DNA from: an uncultured delta proteobacterium
GTDB lineage: Bacteria > Desulfobacterota > Binatia > UBA9968
Direction of reading: 5' to 3'
NCBI GenBank assembly: GCA_963771465.1
Contig: CAVYTU010000013.1
Span: forward strand, 320,001 to 384,000
DNA: 64,000 nucleotides
Made by a program: the position numbers and the translations under genes. The notes below the pieces were generated by a model, which ran no database searches, had not been told where the DNA came from, and saw nothing but the letters and a program-made list of their open reading frames with translations. This document shows positions 53,305 to 63,172 of the stretch, in pieces; position 1 is the first letter of the stretch, and each line of letters begins with the position of its first letter.

Positions 53305-54488
53305 GGCAGTGTTTGAACCTCGACGGACACCACGGCCGGAAGATCGCGCACAATCGGCGCCCAGTTGTCGCCGGCATCGGCGGACGCGTACACCTGGCCG
53401 CCGGTGGTGCCGAAGTACACGCCACACTTGTCGAGGGAATCGACGGCCATAGCGTCGCGCAACACGTTGACGTAGCAGTCGCTTTGCGGCAGGCCTTTCG
53501 TCAGCGCCTCCCATTCGTTGCCGCCGCTGCGGCTGCGGTACACGCGCAATTTGCCGTCCGGCGGAAAATGTTCCGAGTCGCTTTTGATCGGCACGACGTA
53601 GATGGTATTCGGCTCGTGGGCGTGCACGTCGATCACGAAGCCGAAGTCGGTGGGCAAGTTGCCGCTGATCTCGTGCCACGATTCGCCGCCGTCGTCGCTG
53701 CGCATGACGTCCCAGTGCTTCTGCATGAACAATACGCCGGGGCGCGAAGGGTGCATGGCGATGCGGTGCACGCAGTGGCCGACCTCCGCAGTCGGATTGG
53801 GAATATAAAGCGAGTGCAAGCCGCGGTTGATCGGCTGCCAGGTTTTGCCGGCGTCGTCGGTGCGAAACGCACCCGCCGACGAGATCGCGGTGTAAATCCG
53901 GTTTGGATTCTTCGGGTCGAGAATTATCGAATGCAAGCACATTCCCCCGGCGCCCGGCGCCCAGGCCGAGCCTGTGCCGTGTCCGCGCAGGCCTGAGAGT
54001 TCCTGCCAATTCTGCCCGCCGTCGGTGGAGCGGAACAACGCGGCGTCTTCGACGCCGGCGTAAATCGTGTCGACGTCGGTCAGCGACGGTTCGAGATGCC
54101 AGACGCGTTTGAACTCCCACGGGTGGGGCGTGCCGTCGTACCACTGGTGGGTGGTGAGAGGTTTGCCGGTCTCGGGTGAGGTGTCGTAGGCGAATTTATT
54201 GCTCTCCCCTTTGGGTGAGCCATCGGGAGCGGTGGTCGGTTCGCCGGGTGGGGTTCCGGGTTGGTGCCATGTTTTGCCGCCGTCATCGGAGCGTTGAATA
54301 ATTTGCCCGAACCAGCTGCTCGACTGGGACGCATAGAGCCGATTCGGATCAACCGCGGAACCTTTGAGATGGTACATCTCCCAACCGGCAAAGTGCGGTT
54401 CACTGATATCCCAGCGTTCCCGCTTTGCGTCCGAGGTGAGAATGAACGCGCCTTTGCGCGTGCCAACTAATACTCGTACTCCACTCAT
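53301..54488 (-). CDS. BNR/Asp-box beta-propeller protein (sialidase-like fold)
   Basis: VLVGTRKG and repeated SxDGGxxW boxes; no signal peptide. Confidence 0.9.
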   Translation of the reverse strand: MSGVRVLVGTRKGAFILTSDAKRERWDISEPHFAGWEMYHLKGSAVDPNRLYASQSSSWFGQIIQRSDDGGKTWHQPGTPPGEPTTAPDGSPKGESNKFAYDTSPETGKPLTTHQWYDGTPHPWEFKRVWHLEPSLTDVDTIYAGVEDAALFRSTDGGQNWQELSGLRGHGTGSAWAPGAGGMCLHSIILDPKNPNRIYTAISSAGAFRTDDAGKTWQPINRGLHSLYIPNPTAEVGHCVHRIAMHPSRPGVLFMQKHWDVMRSDDGGESWHEISGNLPTDFGFVIDVHAHEPNTIYVVPIKSDSEHFPPDGKLRVYRSRSGGNEWEALTKGLPQSDCYVNVLRDAMAVDSLDKCGVYFGTTGGQVYASADAGDNWAPIVRDLPAVVSVEVQTLP

Positions 54489-54522
54489 CGTTTACTCCTC
54501 CTTGAGTTTTAACGGCTTGCGC

Positions 54523-54930
54523 TCAATCGTTAGTCGCCGCGTTTGGTTCCATGTAGATCAATTCCCAGCCGTGGCCGTCCAAATCCTGGAAGCCGTGTTG
54601 ATACATAAATCCATAGTCTTTCGATTCCTTGGCGGCTACTCCACCGGCCGCAACCGCTTTGCCGACCATCGCATTCACGTTTTCTCGACTTTCCAACGAT
54701 AGGCAGACAAGCACCTCTGCGTTTTTGCTGGTATCGCAGATATCCTTCGAGGTGAACGTCTGAAAAAATCCTTCGACTAACAGCATAACAAATATATTTT
54801 CACTGACGATCATACAGGTGGCGTTGTCGTCGGTGAATTTTGGATCGAATGTAAAGCCGAGTTTAGTGAAGAACTCGATCGATCTCGCGAGATGTTTTAC
54901 CGGTAAGTTCACGAAAATTTGTCGCGCCAT
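54523..54930 (-). CDS. VOC/glyoxalase family protein
   Basis: IFVNLPV, FFTKLGF, DYGFMY, DLDGHGWE. Confidence 0.9.
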   Translation of the reverse strand: MARQIFVNLPVKHLARSIEFFTKLGFTFDPKFTDDNATCMIVSENIFVMLLVEGFFQTFTSKDICDTSKNAEVLVCLSLESRENVNAMVGKAVAAGGVAAKESKDYGFMYQHGFQDLDGHGWELIYMEPNAATND

Positions 54931-54958
54931 TTGTCAATCCTTTCGAATTTTACCCGCG

Positions 54959-55327
54959 CTATTCGCGCATGTCTTCAGCCGGCAGACCGGGAATCTCGAT
55001 GACCGGCCGCACTTCGACAGTACCCTTGCGCGCCATGGGAATCCGCGCGGCGATGCCGAGCGCTTCGTCGAGATCTTTGGCTTCGACGAGGAAATAACCA
55101 CCCAGCTGTTCGCTAGTCTCCGCGAACGGTCCATCGGTGACCAGGCGCTTGCCATTGCGCACCCGGACGCTGGTGGCCATCGCCGTCGGTTGCAACGGGT
55201 TGGCAGCGACATAGTTGCCGTTGGCATGAATCGCATGGGCGAGCTGGGTCGATTCGGTGTAACACTCCTGGCGTTCGGCTTCGCTCAAGACTTTTTCGTC
55301 GAGGTAGATTAACAGCATGTATTTCAT
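54959..55327 (-). CDS. YciI/DGPF family protein
   Basis: MKYMLLIY, TDGPFAET, EVRPV. Confidence 0.92.
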   Translation of the reverse strand: MKYMLLIYLDEKVLSEAERQECYTESTQLAHAIHANGNYVAANPLQPTAMATSVRVRNGKRLVTDGPFAETSEQLGGYFLVEAKDLDEALGIAARIPMARKGTVEVRPVIEIPGLPAEDMRE

Positions 55328-55379
55328 CTCAGTGCCTCCGTTTCGCGCTGCTGTGATGGCTGCGATGGATTATTGTCCC

Positions 55380-55853
55380 TCATACGCTCTCATACGCTTT
55401 CCTTAAAAGGCCTATGTCAATTTTATCCATTTGCATCATTGCCGCCATGACTCGTTGTGATTTCTTAGCATCTTTGTCCTGCAACATCTCGCCTAGAATG
55501 GGAGGAACAACTTGCCACGACAGGCCATATTTGTCCTTGAGCCAGCCGCACCGACTTTTTGCTCCGCCTGCGGAAAGTTTTTCCCACATCTCGTCTATTT
55601 CTTCCTGGGTCTCGCAGCGCACCCAAAACGATATGGCCTCGGTAAATTTGAATTGCGGGCCACCGTTGAGTGCGACAAATTCTTGGCCATCGAGTTGGAA
55701 CGCCGCGGTCATGACCGTTCCTTTCGGACCGGGCCCGGCTTCGCCGTATCGAGCAATGCTTAGAACCTTGGAATTCTTAAAAATCGAAACATAAAAATTA
55801 ACCGCTTCTTCGGCGTTGCCATCGAACCACAAGAATGGGGTAATTTTTTGCAT
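55380..55853 (-). CDS. VOC family protein (PhnB/3-dmu-9-3-mt type)
   Basis: [26 protein letters not shown]. Confidence 0.92.
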   Translation of the reverse strand: MQKITPFLWFDGNAEEAVNFYVSIFKNSKVLSIARYGEAGPGPKGTVMTAAFQLDGQEFVALNGGPQFKFTEAISFWVRCETQEEIDEMWEKLSAGGAKSRCGWLKDKYGLSWQVVPPILGEMLQDKDAKKSQRVMAAMMQMDKIDIGLLRKAYESV

Positions 55854-55937
55854 ATCGTCTCCTTTGGCTTTGAAATCATCGCGCGCTATTCGATGGCAGC
55901 GTTGTCGTCGCTAAGTTGGCACCCAGCGCCGGGCATC

Positions 55938-56351
55938 TCAAGGCGCCATGCTGACCATCCAACCGACGCCGAAACGGTCGGCGACCATGCCGAAGCAAGG
56001 CGACCAGAAAGTCTTCCCGAGCGGCATCTGAATCTGTCCGCCTTCGGCTAGCGCGGTGAACTTGCGCTTGGCATCGGCTTCGTCGCGGGCTGTCAGCGAC
56101 AGGGAGAATCCTTGGAAACTGGTTTGACCGGTGCAGTGTCCGTCGGAGGCCATGATATTGGCATCGCCAATGCGCATGCACAGATGCATGATTTTATCGT
56201 CCGAGCCGGGCGGGACCGTCCCCGGTGCAGGCGGTTCCGGGCTCTCTTTGAAGCGCATCATCATGAGCACTTCCGCGCCTAATGCCTTTTTGTAAAACTC
56301 GATCGCCTCTTCGCAGCGGCCGTTAAAAAACAGATAAGGTTCGATAGCCAT
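55938..56351 (-). CDS. VOC family protein (PhnB-like)
   Basis: PYLFFNGRCEEA, MASD, TFWS..FGMVADRFGVGW. Confidence 0.92.
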   Translation of the reverse strand: MAIEPYLFFNGRCEEAIEFYKKALGAEVLMMMRFKESPEPPAPGTVPPGSDDKIMHLCMRIGDANIMASDGHCTGQTSFQGFSLSLTARDEADAKRKFTALAEGGQIQMPLGKTFWSPCFGMVADRFGVGWMVSMAP

Positions 56352-56459
56352 GATCGTCTCCTTTACAGGGTTAATGTTTCTCGATCGTTCCAATTACTTT
56401 CTTAAATCAGCCCTGAACTTACCGGCTCTTGTTGAACGAAGTCGGGTGCCATCGCTCGC

Positions 56460-56840
56460 TCACATGGGTTCGGCTGAGTTGACGTGCGCTGTGGATTCCT
56501 CGTCGAGGGGACGGATCTCGAAGGTCGCCAAGCGGATGCCCGGATGCTTCGACATCAGTTCCGTGGCGTGGTTCAAGTCATGGGCATCGAGCAAGAGAAT
56601 GCCGCCTATTTGCTCTTTGGTTTCAGCGTACGGTCCATCGGTGATGGACACTTGTTCGTTGCGGTAACGCAGGGTTTTGGCGTTCCGGGCGCTTTCCAGA
56701 GCTTCCAGCCGAATGAATCGGCCGCTCTTTCGAAGGCTATTGTCGTAAGCGGTACATTCCTTCATGAAGGTCTCGCGCTCGCTATCGGACAGAAGCTCGC
56801 TTTTCGTATCGTCCATGTATGAAAGGCAAAGAAACTTCAT
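56460..56840 (-). CDS. YciI/DGPF family protein
   Basis: TDGPYAETKEQIGG, EIRP. Confidence 0.9.
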   Translation of the reverse strand: MKFLCLSYMDDTKSELLSDSERETFMKECTAYDNSLRKSGRFIRLEALESARNAKTLRYRNEQVSITDGPYAETKEQIGGILLLDAHDLNHATELMSKHPGIRLATFEIRPLDEESTAHVNSAEPM

Positions 56841-56885
56841 AGTTGCGTCCTCCTACGGCAGCCAACCCGCATGTTCATCAATTAC

Positions 56886-56914
56886 TAGTCGAATAAGAAT
56901 CAGCCAATTCGACA
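56886..56914 (-). promoter_or_regulatory. ECF42-type promoter copy 1
   Basis: Minus strand TGTCGA-N17-CGACTA upstream of YciI 56840. Confidence 0.85.
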
Positions 56915-56946
56915 CAGCTGGCAGATTTTTTTTCTTGCGGCGCTCT

Positions 56947-57825
56947 TTACTGTGCAATCGGAATCCAAATTTCCATGCCGCCCATGCCGGTCTGCGGATT
57001 AAACTCTTCAGTGTAGCGTTCAAACGACGGCGACTCTTTTATTTTTAGCCCGGATTGGGGTACCCAGCTATTCCATATCTTGTCGATCGTAGCGCCGATG
57101 GTAGATACATGATGTGCGTGCGTGAAGACCGCATATTCTTGGGCGGGAAGACGCACGGTTGCGAACTCGGCAGGTAGCTTCGCCGTATCTTTCACTTCAA
57201 CACCGGAGAGGTAGTCGAATCCATGAGCTGGCCGATAGTTCCAGCAGATGCCATAAGCCACGTTGCCTGTCTGTCCGGGGACCTTACCGATAGACGGCAC
57301 GAAACTTTCCCATTGCACGGGAATTTTGACGCGGGTCTCGAACGTGTAGCTCTTATTAAAACCAGCCACAATCAATTCTCTGCCTTGTGCAAATTTCACT
57401 GCTCCGAGGCCCAGCGTTTGCGCGCGAATGCCGGCTTCCTGTCTTTTGAGCTCGGGCGTAAATTCAGCGCCGAAGTCTTCGGCCTCGAACACTTGGCGAA
57501 TCTCAATTTCGCCATCTTCATTATGAGGATTGGGGCAGCGCTTGACCCATTCGATGGCCTCTTCTTTCGATTTTACTTGCCAAATCCAGAAGCCAGCGAT
57601 CAATTCTTTAGTTTCGGCAAACGGTCCGTCGATCACAATCCGCTTGTCTCCATGAAATCTTACTCTGGCGCCTTTTGAGCTCGGATGGAGCCCTTCGCCG
57701 GCCAGCATGACGCCGGCTTTGACCAGCTCTTCGTTGAACTTGCCCATCTCGGTCAGGAGTTGCTCGCTCGGCATCACGCCCGCTTCGCTGTCCTTGGTGG
57801 CTTTAACGAAGATCATAAATCGCAT
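56947..57825 (-). CDS. YciI/DGPF domain fused to a GyrI-like small-molecule-binding domain
   Basis: N-terminal IDGPFAETKELIAG; C-terminal IPVQW, FDYLSGVEV, YAVFTH, FERY, MEIWIPI. Confidence 0.85.
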   Translation of the reverse strand: MRFMIFVKATKDSEAGVMPSEQLLTEMGKFNEELVKAGVMLAGEGLHPSSKGARVRFHGDKRIVIDGPFAETKELIAGFWIWQVKSKEEAIEWVKRCPNPHNEDGEIEIRQVFEAEDFGAEFTPELKRQEAGIRAQTLGLGAVKFAQGRELIVAGFNKSYTFETRVKIPVQWESFVPSIGKVPGQTGNVAYGICWNYRPAHGFDYLSGVEVKDTAKLPAEFATVRLPAQEYAVFTHAHHVSTIGATIDKIWNSWVPQSGLKIKESPSFERYTEEFNPQTGMGGMEIWIPIAQ

Positions 57826-57894
57826 TTTCATGTCCTCCATTGGTCAAAGTTTCGAGCCCGCGATTTCAGTCAGGTTAGAGGTTTTTGCATAGAG

Positions 57895-57923
57895 TAGTCG
57901 TTTGACGGTTTGCCAAATCGACA
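57895..57923 (-). promoter_or_regulatory. ECF42-type promoter copy 2
   Basis: Minus strand TGTCGA-N17-CGACTA upstream of the YciI-GyrI gene. Confidence 0.85.
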
Positions 57924-58368
57924 CGGGTCGATTAATTTTTCCGGACGAAACGGGCTTAGCGATCAGCGCGATATTCTTGGGATTGTAATAAAGTTTTATC
58001 GCAATCCCTCGCCGATAAGAATTAGCAAGCGTTTAGTTTATGTGAATTCACGCATTACACTGTGGTTCCGATTTAACCGACTCGGTAAGCTTTTTCGGCG
58101 TCGCCTAACAAGCGGCGCAAGCTACGTGCCAATCATTACTGAATTGTTTCTAAAGGAGTTTCGCCAAGAGTGGGGTTTGGGAAATCTCCTCGCGGAAGGA
58201 ATTTTCCTACGCGTGGTAGAAAATTTTCATTGAGCCTGTCTGCGCAATTGCGGTGTCATGAATCATATCGTTCGTCGCAGGCGAAACGACGAGCCGATTG
58301 CTGAAGGTTTCGGAAAGAGAATCGGACGCTGCACGCCGTCGCCGGCGTGCCTTGTTGGGCCGGCTACA

Positions 58369-59283
58369 TTACCGGTAGCCGGTTACGTCGGCGGGTTTGC
58401 CTGGGTCCTGAACTTCGACGAGGTAGCGCCAGGCATCGGGTTGGCTGCCGTCGAGATCGGTAAAGCCGTAGATCTTCGCCAGCTGTCCGCTGGACAACGA
58501 CTTTCCGTTCCAGCGCGACACGTCGGGATCTTGCGCGAGCGCCGCCACCGCCCGGCCGACGAACGCCGGACTCTCGGAAATGGCGAAGTGGGGATTGATC
58601 TTGGTCGCGTCACGCCAGTTTGATTCGGTGACGCGGTAGGCATCGAGCATAAACTCTGAGCGCAGCCAACCGGGAGTGAGTGACACGGCCGTCGCGCCGT
58701 AGGGCTGCAGCTCGTGCGCCAACGCGAACGCCATTCGATTCACCGACGCCTTGGCCAGATCGTAGAAGAAGGAGACCCGGTAGTTGATGTCGTTATACTC
58801 GGCGGTTCCGTCATTTACCTCGACAACCAAACCGCCCGGCGTCTTGATGAGCAGCGGTAACGCGAAGTGGCTGGTGATGGCGTGCGTGTCCACGGCGAGG
58901 TGCAAGGTGCGCAACCCAATATCCAAAGAGGATTCCCAAACCGACTTGTTCCATTCGATCGTGGTGGCTCCAAAGATATCGTTCACGAGAACGTGCAGCT
59001 TGCCCTGTTCGGTTTCGATGCGAGTCACCAGCGCGCGCACCTCGTCGGGTACGAGATGGTCGACCTGAACCGCGATGCCGCGCCCTCCGGCTTCATCCAC
59101 GAGCGCCGCGGTCTCCTCGATCGTTTCCGGCCGGTCCATTTCCGAGCGCTCGGACCGGGTCGTGCGCCCGGTGACGTAGACGGTGGCTCCCGCCGCACCT
59201 AATTGCACGGCTATTCCTCGTCCCGCTCCTCGGGTCGCGCCGGCGACCAATGCGGTTTTTCCCTTAAGGCCTTGACTCACCAT
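58369..59283 (-). CDS. SDR family oxidoreductase
   Basis: VAGATRGAGRG, YDLAK, LTPGWLRSE. Confidence 0.93.
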   Translation of the reverse strand: MVSQGLKGKTALVAGATRGAGRGIAVQLGAAGATVYVTGRTTRSERSEMDRPETIEETAALVDEAGGRGIAVQVDHLVPDEVRALVTRIETEQGKLHVLVNDIFGATTIEWNKSVWESSLDIGLRTLHLAVDTHAITSHFALPLLIKTPGGLVVEVNDGTAEYNDINYRVSFFYDLAKASVNRMAFALAHELQPYGATAVSLTPGWLRSEFMLDAYRVTESNWRDATKINPHFAISESPAFVGRAVAALAQDPDVSRWNGKSLSSGQLAKIYGFTDLDGSQPDAWRYLVEVQDPGKPADVTGYR

Positions 59284-59358
59284 CGAACTCCATATCGCTT
59301 GCTTCCGCCAAATATGAATTCACCATTTCAGTTTCAGCTCTTGGCGGATTTCCGCGTG

Positions 59359-59775
59359 CTAATCTAATTGCGCGCGCAAGCGTTCTTCTTGTTCTCGCAG
59401 TTCAGGTGTAAACTCGGCGCCGAAGTCTTCGGCTTCGAACACCTGGCGAATTTCAATCTCACTCTCGCCGCTATGGGGATTGGGGCAGCGCTTGACCCAA
59501 TCGATGGCTTCTTCCTTCGACTTTACTTGCCATATCCAGAAGCCGGCGATTAGTTCTTTAGTCTCGGCAAATGGTCCGTCGATCACGGTCCGCTGGTTTC
59601 CGGAAAATTTTACGCGCGCACCTCTGGCGCTCGATTGGAGTCCCTCGCCCGCAAGCATCACGCCGGCTTTCACTAACTCTTCGTTGAATTTGCCCATCTC
59701 GGTAAGAAGCTGCTCGCTCGGCATCACGCCCGCTTCCGAATCCTTGCTGGCTTTGACAATAATCATGAATCGCAT
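59359..59775 (-). CDS. YciI/DGPF family protein
   Basis: IDGPFAETKELIAGFW, EIRQVFE. Confidence 0.92.
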   Translation of the reverse strand: MRFMIIVKASKDSEAGVMPSEQLLTEMGKFNEELVKAGVMLAGEGLQSSARGARVKFSGNQRTVIDGPFAETKELIAGFWIWQVKSKEEAIDWVKRCPNPHSGESEIEIRQVFEAEDFGAEFTPELREQEERLRAQLD

Positions 59776-59855
59776 TGCTTTATCCCTCCTTTTTTTGATT
59801 GGCGTGGGAGCTTGTCGGATCAGATGACTAACTTCGCTCTCGCGCTAACATTGAA

Positions 59856-59884
59856 TAGTCGTTTGCGGGTACCCACAATCGACA
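59856..59884 (-). promoter_or_regulatory. ECF42-type promoter copy 3
   Basis: Minus strand TGTCGA-N17-CGACTA upstream of YciI 59775. Confidence 0.85.
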
Positions 59885-59913
59885 AAGAGTTTAAATTAGA
59901 ATTCTTGGCGGTG

Positions 59914-61194
59914 TTAGTCCGGCAATCCGGCCAGCCGGTGCAGCAAAAACCGCCGTTCCGGCTCTTGCGCGGTGAGGCTCAGTGCCCGTTCGTAGGCGGT
60001 GCGGGCTGCCGCCACTTGACCCAGCCGCCGGCAGAGGTCGGCCCGCGCCGCGTGCGCGAGGCGGTAGTCCGACAAGTCGCCGCGTGCCAAGATGGCGTCA
60101 ACTAACAAGAGGCCCGTCTCGGCACCGTCGCGCATCGCCACCGCCACGGCCCGGTTCAATTCCACAACCGGGGAGGGTTCAGCTCGCAGTAAAAGATTGT
60201 AGAGCGCCACGATCTGGGTCCAGTCGGTGGCGGCCGCGCTGGCTGCGTTGGCGTGGACGGCGGCGATCGCCGCTTGGATGGTGTAAGTGCCCACCTGGGG
60301 TGACGCCAGTGCCCGCTCCACTAACGACGTGCCCTCCGTGATGTAATCCCGGTTCCAGAGTGAGCGGTCTTGGTCCTCCAAAAGTATCAAGTCGCCCGAT
60401 GACGTGGCGCGCGCGGCGCGCCGCGAGTCGTGCAGCAGCATTAGCGCGAGAAGTCCGAGCGCTTCAGGCTCGTGGAGCAATTCGGCGACCATGCGGCCTA
60501 AGCGGATCGCTTCAGTCGAAAGATCATGGCGGGTCAACGTAGTTCCGGAGGACGCGGAGTAGCCTTCGTTGAAAATTAGATAGATCACGCGCAGCACGGC
60601 ATCCAATCGATCGGGCAGGTCAGCCAGCGCAGGTACTTGATACGGAATGCGCGTGTTACGGATCTTGGCCTTGGCGCGCACGATGCGTTGGGCCAATGTC
60701 GGTGCGGCGGTTAAAAAGGCTTGGGCGATCTCTTCGGTGGTGAGACCGCATACTTCGCGCAGCGTGAGTGCGATCTGAGCGTCCGGCGCCAGCGCGGGAT
60801 GGCAGCAGGTGAAAATCAGCCGCAGGCGGTCATCTTGAACGTTCTCGCCGTCCAAGCCGGCGACGTCGTCGGACTCGGCGGCGAGTCGTTTTTCGAAATC
60901 GTCGGGTAATGGGTCGAATCGGGATCGCTTGCGGATCGTGTCGATCGCTTTGAAGCGGCCGGCCGAGACCAGCCAGGCGCGCGGATTGGCGGGCAGGCCA
61001 TCGCGCGGCCATTGTTCGAGCGCCGCCCTAAACGCGTCGTGCAGCGCTTCTTCGGCGAGATCGAAGTCGCCAAGCAAGCGAATTAGAGTGGCGAAGATGT
61101 GGCGTGACTCGGCGCGGTAAAGCGCGTCGACTTGCTGGCGCGCTTGTTCAGCCGCCGCAGTATCCAAGTCTGCTGTTGGGTTGCGATCCGACAT
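59914..61194 (-). CDS. ECF RNA polymerase sigma factor with long TPR-like C-terminal extension (ECF42-type)
   Basis: DFDLAEEA, WPRDGLP, DDRLRLIFTCCHPAL, YLIFNEGY, QDRSLW, QAAIAAVH, VVELNRAVA; adjacent DGPF genes. Confidence 0.92.
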   Translation of the reverse strand: MSDRNPTADLDTAAAEQARQQVDALYRAESRHIFATLIRLLGDFDLAEEALHDAFRAALEQWPRDGLPANPRAWLVSAGRFKAIDTIRKRSRFDPLPDDFEKRLAAESDDVAGLDGENVQDDRLRLIFTCCHPALAPDAQIALTLREVCGLTTEEIAQAFLTAAPTLAQRIVRAKAKIRNTRIPYQVPALADLPDRLDAVLRVIYLIFNEGYSASSGTTLTRHDLSTEAIRLGRMVAELLHEPEALGLLALMLLHDSRRAARATSSGDLILLEDQDRSLWNRDYITEGTSLVERALASPQVGTYTIQAAIAAVHANAASAAATDWTQIVALYNLLLRAEPSPVVELNRAVAVAMRDGAETGLLLVDAILARGDLSDYRLAHAARADLCRRLGQVAAARTAYERALSLTAQEPERRFLLHRLAGLPD

Positions 61195-61304
61195 GACGAG
61201 AATGGGAGGTTAAATCACAATTATCCGTAAGTTTCCTCAGTCGCTTCTGATGAAGTCCCAACGACTCGAAGGGTCCACGGTCGCAACCGTTTGAACAATT
61301 TATT

Positions 61305-61871
61305 TCAGCGCGCAGCCAGCAGTTTCTCGATCTGTGCGGTAATCCGCCGATCTTCGGGTTCGACGGCGCTTTCGAACGCAGCTATTGGCGCGCCTGCCTT
61401 GCTGAGGAGATATTTATGAAAGTTCCATCGCGGCGGCTTGCCGGTCTTCGCGGCGAGGGTGCGAAAGAGCGGGTTCGCGTTGGCGCCGACAACCGTTGTC
61501 TTGGCAAATACTGGAAACGTGATGCCGTAATTCACCCGGCAAAATTGCGCGATCTCCTGGTTCGATCCGGGTTCTTGGCCACCGAAGTCGTTGGCGGGAA
61601 AACCGAGCACGGCGAAGCCTTTGTCGCGATAGCGGCGATATAATTTTTCCAAGCTTTCGTACTGCGGCGTGTAACCGCATTCGCTCGCGGTATTCACTAT
61701 CAGCAACACTTTGCCGCTGAACTGGCAGAGCGACACCGGCTCATCCATTAAATTGGCGAATTTGTGATCAAGAATCATGGGGCAAGGAGTGTCCGCCGCA
61801 GAGCTCGGCGCTATACCGGCCAAAGTTATGAGCGCGGCGATGATCAATGCCAAGATCGTTTGCGTCAGCAT
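61305..61871 (-). CDS. Glutathione peroxidase family protein with signal peptide
   Basis: VNTASECGYTPQY, LGFPANDFGGQEPG, WNFHKYL. Confidence 0.93.
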   Translation of the reverse strand: MLTQTILALIIAALITLAGIAPSSAADTPCPMILDHKFANLMDEPVSLCQFSGKVLLIVNTASECGYTPQYESLEKLYRRYRDKGFAVLGFPANDFGGQEPGSNQEIAQFCRVNYGITFPVFAKTTVVGANANPLFRTLAAKTGKPPRWNFHKYLLSKAGAPIAAFESAVEPEDRRITAQIEKLLAAR

Positions 61872-61968
61872 GCTTCTCTCGTTGATGCTCTTCCTAGAGC
61901 AGTTCAATTCACTCGACGTTGAGATGAATCAGTCATGCGCCAAAAACTAAGTCGCTAAACCGGCGTCC

Positions 61969-63028
61969 TTAAGCCGCGCTTGCACGTTGGGACTTTGACA
62001 GATCGAGTCCGACGATGAACGCCGGGTTCACCGTGCACATGGTGTAAATTTCATCTTCGGTGCAGCCGAACGCAGTCATGTGGCCGCGCAGCAAACGGAG
62101 CGACTCCACTGAATTGGGAAACAGCGGCTCGCCGGCGTCGGACGACAGCGTGCAGTGCTCGGGACCGATGGTGCGAATCGCCTTGTACATGTTTCCCGGG
62201 TCGATGCCGAGGAGCGGCGACAATTCGTCGTAGGTGAAGTTTATCCACAGGCCGGCGGTGCCTGCTTCTTTCATTTCCTCGATGGTCAAACTGACGAACG
62301 GGCTGAACGGATGGTCGACGACGCCTCGCTTGAAGCCGATCTTTTGGCTGTACTCCGCCATGGCGCGGAACTCCGGCTTGGTCGGATGGCCGAAGAATAT
62401 CGCCGCGTTGTGATCGTGAGCCATGCGAAAAATTTCTTCGATGTCCGCTAGCAGGCGGCCTTTGTCGTCGAGCAGATAGTGGCCGTATTTGAGCGAGTCT
62501 TCCCACGACAGCGGTTCGGTGTGTGCTTTCGGATCGGCGTTCTTGTCCCAAGCACTGGGCTTGCCGCCGACGATGTTGAGGGTATTAGCCGAGGTGTTGT
62601 TGGGCATCCATAGGCCGACGACGCCGGCTTTTAAATTTTTCTCCGACCACGCCGGCTCGATCTTGGAAAGAAAACCCTGTGTCACCGAGCTGCCAGGCCA
62701 GAGATGAACGGGAGTGTAGATTTTTTTCCGCGCACCACGACTCTAGCGCGCTGCGCACGCCGCCGACCGTTCCGGCCGGATCCGTTCGTCCGACGATGGT
62801 TTTGTAGAGTATGCCCATCATGCCGCTCTTCGAGGCGAGCTTGGCGACACCGAGCGCGTCCTGCTGCCCTTCGTGGGCGTGGCAGTGGATGTCGATGGAG
62901 TCTTCGACGCCGATCACATAGTCGAGGGACGGATCGACGGGCCCCTGCTTGAAGCCGCGGCGCGCGGGATAAGACGTCACCGAGCGCACCGCGCTCGGCG
63001 TGGAATAGTTGGGTCTCGTGTCTGCCAT
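61969..63028 (-). CDS. DUF6282-like amidohydrolase-fold protein, +1 frameshift in the A7 run near 62724
   Basis: IDIHCHA, FGH, VDHP, LSSDAG, TVNP; removing one A joins the two ORFs. Confidence 0.75.
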
Positions 63029-63172
63029 GGTCATTCCTCCTGTTTATCGATTTGATCGGACAATATCGCGTCATGACGCGCGCGGCAAACCCATATTTCA
63101 GCGCTGGTAAAGCGCTTGATGCGCATTCGCTTGTAACGAGTCATTTCTGCGATGGCGTCCGCAAAGCTATTT

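Noticed and set aside
53305-54144. Long N-terminal extension on the MoaD/ThiS ORF
   Set aside because: Arg-rich alternate frame of the BNR gene; the real start is at 53304.
57910-58233. 107-aa plus-strand ORF
   Set aside because: Opposite to all neighbours, no RBS or recognisable motif, and it overlaps a promoter.
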